A DNA stretch of 64,000 bases from positions 1,923 to 65,922 of the forward strand of contig CAMCDA010000004.1 in the NCBI GenBank assembly GCA_945873195.1, in the 5' to 3' direction. The position numbers were made by a program, and so were the translations under genes. Position 1 is the stretch's first letter. Each line of letters begins with the position of its first letter. Under the pieces are notes generated by a model. The model saw only the letters and a program-made list of their open reading frames with translations, had not been told where the DNA came from and ran no database searches. Shown one piece after another: positions 28,240-35,819 of the stretch. The DNA is from Asaia bogorensis (GTDB lineage: Bacteria; Pseudomonadota; Alphaproteobacteria; Acetobacterales; Acetobacteraceae).

Positions 28240-29670
28240 ATGGCCCGTAAATCGACGGTGAAGCTACCGGACGTGTTCGCCAAGCCCGGTCAGGCGCCGT
28301 CGCGCGGCACGCCGATCGAGGCCCTGCCGCGGGAGGGGGAACCGGAGCCGTCGGCGGCTGAACCCGTGCCTGCTTCGGCGGTTGCGGAGCCGGGTCCCGT
28401 GGCCAGCGCGGCGCCGGTCACCGGTGATGATTCACCGGCGTCCTGGGCGCTGGCATCTCGGCCGGCCCTGGTTGCCGGCGGGCCTGATCGCGGCCAGCCG
28501 CCCGTTGTCCCGCCGCGTCATGTCGTCGTGCCGGAAGCTGCCACCCCCGACGTGCCGGCATCGGAGTCCCCCCTGCCGAACCCTGTGAGCGGTTCGGCGG
28601 CCTCGGCTGATGCCGTGCCGACTCCGCCGGAAGCCGCCCCGGTTGCCGAGGCCTCCCCCGTTGGAGAGACCCCAAGCGCGCTGCCCCCCATTATCGCGGC
28701 ACCTACCGCCGCCCCGCTGGCGAGGCCCGTGGTTCCCCCGGCGGTCGTCGCTCCGCCTGTCCCGCCAGCGCCCACATCGACGGTTCCATCGGCGGTCCCC
28801 CCGACGGTCCCCCTGGCGGCCCCATCAACGCCCCCACCGTCCATGTCCCCGCCCGCAACGCCCTCGCGTCCGGCGCACGCCGAACCGCCGCGCCCCGCCG
28901 TCACCCTGCCATCTCCGCGCGGGCCAGCCTGGACCATCGCCATGCTCGCCCTCGGGGTCAGCCTGACGACCCCGTTCTGGTATGACGGCGCCCTCCGCCT
29001 CCTCGGCCTCACCACCACGGTCGGCCAGGCCCAGCAGGAAGACGCGCTCGCCATCTCGCGGCAGGAGCGCAAGCTCCGCGACGTCGAGCAGCGCCTGACC
29101 ACGACCGCGACCCAATTGACCAGGGCACAGGCCGACCTGACGCAGGCCGTCCGCAAGCAGGAGGAAACCGCGGCCTGGACCCGCGTCATGATCCTGGCCC
29201 GCCTCGGGGAAGCCTTGCGGCGCGGCACACCCTTCGGGCCCGAACTCGCGATGGCGCGCGGGGCGAGGGCCGCGACCGGTGACCTGACGCCGTTGCTGGA
29301 CCGGTTCGCGCCCTACGCGCCGATCGGCGTGCCGACCACCCAGGACCTCGGTCAGGATTTCCGCCGGGTCACCGACCCTGTGCTGCGGCCGGCCCGTGGG
29401 CTCAATCCCCTGGCCTGGGCCGCGACGGTCATCGCCTGGACCCCCTTCGGCCGGCCCGCGCCCGAGACCGACCCAGGCCGTCTGGCCCTGCGAGAGGCCG
29501 CGAGCCGCGTGCGCGACGGCGCCGTCACCGATGCGGCGACGATGCTGCGCCCCGTCACCGGCCCGGTCGCGGACCTGATGGCCGGCTGGCTCGCCGATGC
29601 CGACGCCCGGGCGGCGGCGGATGCGTTCAATCAGCGCATCGACGCCCTCCTGCGCGCCGGCCCCCGCTGA
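28240..29670 (+). CDS. Mitofilin/Mic60-like protein, copy 3, with a ~220-aa Pro/Ala-rich N-terminal region
   Basis: TM (WTIAMLALGVSLTTPFW), coiled coil, LGEALRRGTPFGPEL...GVPTTQDL...F...WLADADARAAAD. Confidence 0.78.
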   Translation: MARKSTVKLPDVFAKPGQAPSRGTPIEALPREGEPEPSAAEPVPASAVAEPGPVASAAPVTGDDSPASWALASRPALVAGGPDRGQPPVVPPRHVVVPEAATPDVPASESPLPNPVSGSAASADAVPTPPEAAPVAEASPVGETPSALPPIIAAPTAAPLARPVVPPAVVAPPVPPAPTSTVPSAVPPTVPLAAPSTPPPSMSPPATPSRPAHAEPPRPAVTLPSPRGPAWTIAMLALGVSLTTPFWYDGALRLLGLTTTVGQAQQEDALAISRQERKLRDVEQRLTTTATQLTRAQADLTQAVRKQEETAAWTRVMILARLGEALRRGTPFGPELAMARGARAATGDLTPLLDRFAPYAPIGVPTTQDLGQDFRRVTDPVLRPARGLNPLAWAATVIAWTPFGRPAPETDPGRLALREAASRVRDGAVTDAATMLRPVTGPVADLMAGWLADADARAAADAFNQRIDALLRAGPR

Positions 29671-29692
29671 TACGCCCCCGCTGATACGCCCC
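29661..29692 (+). repeat. Perfect 14-bp tandem duplication spanning the stop codon
   Basis: cccccgctgatacg at 29661 and 29675. Confidence 0.9.
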
Positions 29693-29703
29693 AGGTGATC
29701 TGA

Positions 29704-31715
29704 TCAGCGCGCCTCGGGGCCGATATCGGGGAAGCTGGCCGGCAGGAGGGCCGCCCGAGCGCCCCCCGCCCCCGCGCCGGCCCAGCCGATCTCATTTGCA
29801 TAGGCGATCATCGGCTTGATCACGGCATGGGCGTTGGCCAGCGTGAAGCTCTGCGCCGCATTGCCCGTCACCACCCAGGTCGTCGCGACCGTGTCCAGGT
29901 AGGCGGCGACGCGATAGGTGCCGACCTTCACCAGCGTCCGGCTCCAGAGCGACCAGCCTTGATGTTCCGGCTGCAACGCCGAGTCCTCGGCCGCCCGCGC
30001 CAGGCGATCATGGGTCTCGGCGTCGATCGCCCCGGCATCGCGGAGGCGATCAACCGGCGCGCGGGCCTGGCGAAGCAGCAGCCGGCGCGCGGTGTCGGCC
30101 GTATCCGGTGCCGGCAGCGCCGCGAGGCTCCCGGTCAGGGTCTCGGGCAATCGTCCCCGCGCGCCGAGTTCCAGCGGTTCCCGCAGCAAGCTGCTCCAGG
30201 TGACGATGGTGGCGGGATCGTCGGTGGAGTCGGGGAAATAATACCGCGCGTCCAGGAAGTTCTCCCGCGTCCTGGTCCGCCCGGTTGCCTCCAGCATGAT
30301 CGGCGGCACGACCACGCCCTCGGTCCGCAGCCGATCCCGCGCGGCGGCCCATAGCGGCTCGCCGCCGGGCTCGTCCCGCGGGATGACCCGCTTGACATAG
30401 GCGCAATACCCGTCGCGAGGCGTATCGAACGCGACCTGCACGGAAAGCAGGTCGGTGCGCCCGCATTCAGCCGGGGAGCCGATGATATTGGCCGTCGGCG
30501 CGCCATTGGCCCGCGCGATCACCAGCCCCCGCAGCGCGCCGGCCTCGATCCGCCCGAACACCGCGCCGGCCTGTTGCGGCGTGTCCTCCCGCGCCAGTTC
30601 CCGCCAGGTCCCGGGCGGCATCGGGATTTGCTTGCCGGCGACGACGGGAGTCGGTGCCGCGGCGATGCCCGGTGTGCCCATGGCCGGTGTGCCCATGCCC
30701 GGTGCGCCCATGCCCGGCGCATCCGAGGCCGGCGGCCCTGACCTGCCCGCCAGGGGGCCGGACAGGTTGATGATCGGCGTGGTGGGGGGCGTCTCCCACA
30801 CCAGTTCATTGACCATGAACACCGCGCTGTGCGTGACCATATTCCAGGTCTGCACCCAGGTGCCGGTGACCACGCTGCCAGTGACATAGCTGGCCAGGAC
30901 CAAGCCGATGGCGGTGTTCATCACGCGATAGCCGGCCAGCCGATACAAGCTCCGGGTCAGCGTGGTGGGCTCCTCGGCGTGCTCGTCTGCCCCATCCGCC
31001 GCGAACAGCAGGACCGGCATGGGCATTCTGGCATCGGGCGCGACCGGCGCGCGCATGGCGGCCAGCGTGGCGCGCCGAGCGGTCTGTGCCCAGTCGGAAA
31101 GGCGGCGGAGGGTCGCGGCGTGGGCGGTGTCGAGGCCCGCCGGACCCTCTGCCCAGGCCGCCGGGTCCGGTGAGGACGGGGACACGCCGAGGCGCATGTC
31201 GATCATGTCGCGCCGGTCGGAGACCCGGAACCCCGCGACAAGTGCCCAGGGCGGCAGCGTGCCTACGGCTTCGGCCGGCAAGGCGGGCAGCAGCGTGCCG
31301 ACGCGGTGCGGCCCGCGCGCGAAGGACACGAAGGCACAGCCCTCATGCAGGTCGCGCGATTCCGAGATCTGGGTAAAGAGCGTGCCCTCACAGGATGGCG
31401 ACGTCCCCCATCCGTCGCGGGCCGGCAGGGCATTGGTCTGGACCAGCAGGAAGGCGCGGTCGCGGGGTCGGGGCGGACCAGCAGCACGCCCGCGGTCACG
31501 CTGAGCAGGGTCCCGTTCGCGGCTTTCGCCGACCCGTGGCCGCTGGCCGCGATGCGCCAGGGGCCTTCGGGCAGGGGTATGGTCTTGCCGGCCAGGGTCA
31601 GACGCCCTGTGACGGTATCCCCGACAACGGGTGCATCGGCGGCCAAGGCGGGGCCGGCAACCATGGCGAGTAGCAGGGCGAACCATGGCACCAGAGCGAT
31701 GAGTTTGCGCGTCAT
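29704..31715 (-). pseudogene. Exported/membrane protein with two tandem [unknown Cys domain + DUF2061-like] units, interrupted by a 1-nt frameshift near 31465
   Basis: The signal peptide and TIPLPEGPWR are in one frame (ORF 31263..31751); the continuation DRAFLLVQTN...C...CAFV is in the other (ORF 29704..31686); RSLYRLAGYRV...NELVW and RTLVKVGTYRV...NEIGW are DUF2061-like. Confidence 0.7.
30665..30720 (-). repeat. 15-bp x ~3.7 tandem repeat encoding a Met/Gly/Pro linker (PGMGAPGMGTPAMGTPG)
   Basis: atg(c/g)ccggtg(t/c)gccc units at 30665, 30680, 30695 and 30710. Confidence 0.85.
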
Positions 31716-31892
31716 GACAGCTCCGACGGCGGGCGAGGGGGGCGTGAACACCGCGTCATGGTCATCATCCGATCCGGTCGTGGAATGTCAACGCGCATTC
31801 CGCCGCATCTTTTCATCATTTCCGACACTGTTTCGCCACTTGGCGGGGCGTTAACGGTATGGCAACACATCACCAGCCATAATTGCAGGATC

Positions 31893-33494
31893 ATGTCCGC
31901 AAGCGCACTGCTACCACCCGACCGCCCGTCAAACCCGTTGGCCGAACCGGCCGAACGCACCGAACACCCGCGTCTGCCGCGCTCGCTCGGCCCGATCGCC
32001 CTGGTGGTGCTGATCGGCGTGCTGGTCGTCGTCATGTTCACCGCCCTGCGTTCCCCGCTCAAGGACGACATCGCCTGGCTGCTGTATGTCGCCCGGCGCT
32101 GGATGGCCGGACGGGAGTTGTATGTCGATGTGGTGGAGGTCAATCCGCCGCTGATCGTCTGGATCTCCGTCCTGCCGATGGAATTGTCGCGCTGGTTCGG
32201 CGTGCCATCCCAGTACGTGGCGATGCCCGGCTTCATCGGCGCGGTTCTCGGCTGCGCCTGGTGGACCGCCGGTCTGCTGCGTCCGCAGGGGGGCCTGTTC
32301 GCCGACCGGCTGGTCACGTTCTCGGTGATCGGCATCATCCTGCTGGTGCTCCCGGCCGGAGAGGTCGGGCAGCGCGAGCATCTGCTGGTCGCCGCCATCC
32401 TGCCTTATCTGGCGCTGTTCGCGGGCGAATTGTCCGGGCATCGGCCCGAGCGCCGGGATGCGATCATCGCCGGCGTGCTGGCCGCGATCGGCTGCGCCAT
32501 GAAGCCACGCTATGTCGGCGTGGCCATCGCGCTGGAGGCGATTGCCCTGACCCAGGGGCTGCGGCCCTGGCGCCTGCTGCCCCTCGCCGGGGGCCTCAGC
32601 GTCGCGCTGTATGCCGGGGCGGTCGCGCTGTTCTCACCGGCCTATTTCAGCTGGGCGATACCGATGGCGCTCGCGCTGTATGGCGCGACCGACAGTTCGA
32701 TGTGGCAACTCTTTGCCGAGAGCGCCGCTCTCATCGGTGGCCAATTCGTCATGCTCGGCCTGCTGCTGCTGCGGTGGCGGCACCTGCAAGAACGCTGGGT
32801 GATCCTGTCGCTGATGGTGCTGGCGGTGGTCGGCAGCGTGATCTGCTTCCTCGATGGCAAGGACTGGTACTACCACCGCATTCCGGCGACGGTCGCGACC
32901 GTGCTGGCGCTGCTGTGCTGGGCCGGATCGGCCTTCGTCCACCGCGACCGGACCGCGCATCGCGCCCGCATGCCGCTGGCCATCGCCTGCCTGGTGCTGG
33001 TGATCCTGTTCTTCGGCTCCCTGCGCCGGTTTGAACCGCAGGTTGTCCAGGCGGTCGAGCCCGCCGCGACCACCGTTTCCCGGCTTGAGGCGATTGTCCG
33101 CAAGGAAAAGGCCCGCAGCTACCTGGCGTTCTCGGAATGGATCGCGCTGGGTTTCCCCGTGGTGAACAACACCGGGGTGGAATGGGCATCGCGGTTCGAT
33201 TCCATGTGGGCGTTGAAGGGGGAGCTGTGGCGCGCCCGCTTCGATCCCCAGACATCCCGCGACTGGCCGGTGGCGCGCTGGGTCGTGCATGACTTCCTGG
33301 CCGGCTGCCCGGATATCGCGGTCGTCGATACGCGCGAAGGCACGAACTACATCGGTGTGCTGAGCGAGGCGGATCCGGCCTTCGCGCGGGTCTGGTCGCG
33401 CTACCGGCCGATCGACTCCTTTGACGGGCTGGTCGTCTATCGCCGTGGCAAGGGCGGATGTATCGATCCCTGGATCGCGGCCGAGGGCAAATAA
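31893..33494 (+). CDS. Polytopic membrane protein, GT-C glycosyltransferase-like
   Basis: First-loop DDIAWLLYVARRW...LYVDVVEVNPPL, GQREHL, KP, WYYH; about 11-12 TM plus a C-terminal periplasmic domain. Confidence 0.6.
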   Translation: MSASALLPPDRPSNPLAEPAERTEHPRLPRSLGPIALVVLIGVLVVVMFTALRSPLKDDIAWLLYVARRWMAGRELYVDVVEVNPPLIVWISVLPMELSRWFGVPSQYVAMPGFIGAVLGCAWWTAGLLRPQGGLFADRLVTFSVIGIILLVLPAGEVGQREHLLVAAILPYLALFAGELSGHRPERRDAIIAGVLAAIGCAMKPRYVGVAIALEAIALTQGLRPWRLLPLAGGLSVALYAGAVALFSPAYFSWAIPMALALYGATDSSMWQLFAESAALIGGQFVMLGLLLLRWRHLQERWVILSLMVLAVVGSVICFLDGKDWYYHRIPATVATVLALLCWAGSAFVHRDRTAHRARMPLAIACLVLVILFFGSLRRFEPQVVQAVEPAATTVSRLEAIVRKEKARSYLAFSEWIALGFPVVNNTGVEWASRFDSMWALKGELWRARFDPQTSRDWPVARWVVHDFLAGCPDIAVVDTREGTNYIGVLSEADPAFARVWSRYRPIDSFDGLVVYRRGKGGCIDPWIAAEGK

Positions 33495-33567
33495 CCGCGG
33501 GACTCCCCACCGCGCCCCATCGGCGCTACGCATGGCGTTCCAAACCCGACCGGAAAGGAACGCCGGC

Positions 33568-34740
33568 ATGACCGTCCAGGGCACACACGAAAATTTCCTG
33601 ATTGATCGCATCATCTACGGCAAACCCGCCGCGCCCACCTTGGCGGCGGAGGCTGAACGGCTCGGCGCGAAACGGGTGTTCCTGCTGGTCAGCCGGACCC
33701 TGGATCGGGAAACCGATTGGGTCGATGCCATGCGCGCGGCGCTCGGCCCGCGCTACGCCGGGTCACATGACGGCATGCCCTCGCACACGCCGCGCGACGC
33801 GGTGCTGACCGCGACCGAGGCTGCGCGGGCCGTCGGCGCTGATCTGATCGTGACGTTCGGCGGCGGTTCCGGTACCGATGCCGGCAAGATGGTGCGGCTG
33901 GCGTTGAAGCATGACATTCGCGGCACGCAGGATTTCGACCGGTTCGTTGCCCGCGTCGGACCGGACGGAAAGCGAGTGATCCCGGTCTTCGACGGCCCGG
34001 ATATCCCGCAGATCGCCATCCCCACCACGCTGTCGGGCGGTGATTTCAACCTCTCGGCTGGCGCGACCGACACGCGGACGATGCTGAAGGAGATCTTCCG
34101 CCATTCGCTGATCGCCCCGCGCGTCATCATCCTCGATGCCGCGGTTACGGTGCGCACGCCGATGTGGCTATGGCTCTCGACCGGAATCCGCGCGCTGGAT
34201 CACGCGGTGGAGACGGTATGTTCCCAGTTCGCCGACAAGCGGTCCTACGCCGAGGCGCTGGAGGCGATCCGCCTGCTGGCCGTCGCCCTGCCGGCGACCA
34301 AGGCCGACCCCGACGCGCTGGCGCCGCGGCTGGATGCGCTGCTGGGGGTGTGGCTGTCGATGGAGCATAACCGCTTCAAGGTCCCGATGGGGGCGAGCCA
34401 TGGGATCGGCCATGTGCTGGGCGGCACCTGCGACGTGCCGCATGGATATACGTCCTGCATCATGCTGCCGACGGTCCTGCGATGGAACGAACCCGCGAAC
34501 GCCGACCGCCAGGCCCTGGTGGCGGAGGCGTTTGGCCAGGCCGGCCGGCGCGCCTGCGACGTGGTCCACGACTTCGTGGCCGGCCTCGGCCTGCCGCGGA
34601 CGTTGGCCGAGGTCGGCGTGACCCCGGACCGCTTCGACACCGTCGCGAAGGCCGCTTTGCTGGACCATTACCTGCACACCAATCCCCGCCCGGTGCACGG
34701 GGTCGATGACATCCTGGAGATGCTCCGCCTGGCGGCCTGA
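33568..34740 (+). CDS. Iron-containing alcohol dehydrogenase family
   Basis: GGGSGTDAGK, IPTTLSGGD, DHAVE, HGIGH and PHG motifs. Confidence 0.9.
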   Translation: MTVQGTHENFLIDRIIYGKPAAPTLAAEAERLGAKRVFLLVSRTLDRETDWVDAMRAALGPRYAGSHDGMPSHTPRDAVLTATEAARAVGADLIVTFGGGSGTDAGKMVRLALKHDIRGTQDFDRFVARVGPDGKRVIPVFDGPDIPQIAIPTTLSGGDFNLSAGATDTRTMLKEIFRHSLIAPRVIILDAAVTVRTPMWLWLSTGIRALDHAVETVCSQFADKRSYAEALEAIRLLAVALPATKADPDALAPRLDALLGVWLSMEHNRFKVPMGASHGIGHVLGGTCDVPHGYTSCIMLPTVLRWNEPANADRQALVAEAFGQAGRRACDVVHDFVAGLGLPRTLAEVGVTPDRFDTVAKAALLDHYLHTNPRPVHGVDDILEMLRLAA

Positions 34741-34749
34741 TCAGCCTGT

Positions 34750-35193
34750 TCAGGGTTGCTCCGCCGGTGTCTCCGGCGTCGGGGTCTGGACATCGTTACG
34801 CATCGGGCCTTGTACCGTGGTGGCGCTGGCCGCCGGTTCCTCGGCCGGCCCGCGCTGCACCGCGTGCCGCGGCCTAAGGGGATCGTTCAGGGTTGTCCGC
34901 GCCGCCTGACGGGCGTCACGCGCGGCCTTTTGCCAGGCGCGGACGTCCTCCAGCGTGACAAAGCCCTTGCCGGTCGCGTCGATCGTTTCAAAGGCCCGCG
35001 CGACGGTCTTGTAGCCCTGCTTGGCCTGCTCCAGCGTCAACTGCCCGTCGCGCGTGGTGTTGGCCTGCTCGAAGCGTTGTTCCGTTGTCATGCGCGGCCG
35101 TGGCGTCGCGGTGGTTGACTTGGCCGGTGGGTCGTTGGCGAGGGCGGGACTGATCCCGAGCAGGATGGCAAGCACAAGGGGCAGCAGACGCAT
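34750..35193 (-). CDS. Exported EF-hand protein
   Basis: Signal peptide; FEQANTTRDGQLTLEQ and FETIDATGKGFVTLED. Confidence 0.82.
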   Translation of the reverse strand: MRLLPLVLAILLGISPALANDPPAKSTTATPRPRMTTEQRFEQANTTRDGQLTLEQAKQGYKTVARAFETIDATGKGFVTLEDVRAWQKAARDARQAARTTLNDPLRPRHAVQRGPAEEPAASATTVQGPMRNDVQTPTPETPAEQP

Positions 35194-35342
35194 GACGGGC
35201 TCCAGGGTTCACGGACGCCCCCATTCTGCCTGCCGACATCCTAAGAATTGGTGAACGCGGGCATGGAATTCGGTGGTCGCGACCCCTTGAGCGAGGAGGG
35301 TGGCGCGCGCAAAGTGCCGCCAAGTCCAGAGGGAGGGAGACG

Positions 35343-35819
35343 ATGGCGATCAAGATGTCCGTGAACGGACAGGATGTCAGCGTGACGGCGGCACCGGACA
35401 CGCCGCTGCTGGACGTGCTGCGTAATCACCTCGATCTGAAGGCCACGCGCTATGGCTGCGGGCTGGAACAATGCGGCACCTGCATGGTTTTGATCGATGG
35501 GCAGGCCGAATACTCCTGCGCGCGGGAAGTCGGGTCCGTGGCGGGCCGTTCGATCACGACGCTGGAAGGGATGGGGACGCCGGAGCACTTGCATCCGCTG
35601 CAACGGGCGTTTCTGGAGGAGCAGGCGGGCCAGTGCGGGTTCTGCCTGTCGGGCATCCTGGTCTCGGCCAAGGCGCTGCTGGACCGCAATCCGTCGCCGA
35701 CCCGCGCTGATATCGTGGCCGCGTTGGACAAGCATCTGTGCCGCTGCGGCGCCCATCCGCGCATCCTGCGCGCGGTCGAAAAGGCCGCCGCGATGATCCG
35801 AGAGGGAGCCCCGGCATGA
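35343..35819 (+). CDS. (2Fe-2S)-binding small subunit of a Mo-hydroxylase
   Basis: GCGLEQCGTC...C and QCGFC...LCRC. Confidence 0.93.
   Translation: MAIKMSVNGQDVSVTAAPDTPLLDVLRNHLDLKATRYGCGLEQCGTCMVLIDGQAEYSCAREVGSVAGRSITTLEGMGTPEHLHPLQRAFLEEQAGQCGFCLSGILVSAKALLDRNPSPTRADIVAALDKHLCRCGAHPRILRAVEKAAAMIREGAPA

Noticed and set aside
12084-33494. Magnetosome (mam/mms) or ferrosome (fez) cluster
   Set aside because: No recognisable MamK actin, MamA TPR, MamB/M CDF, MamE/O HtrA, magnetochrome CxxCH, FeoB or P1B-ATPase; the similarity is only in functional logic
34750-35193. EF-hand protein as part of the membrane cluster (Ca-mineral compartment idea)
   Set aside because: Separated from the cluster by an unrelated Fe-ADH gene; nothing in the sequence links them
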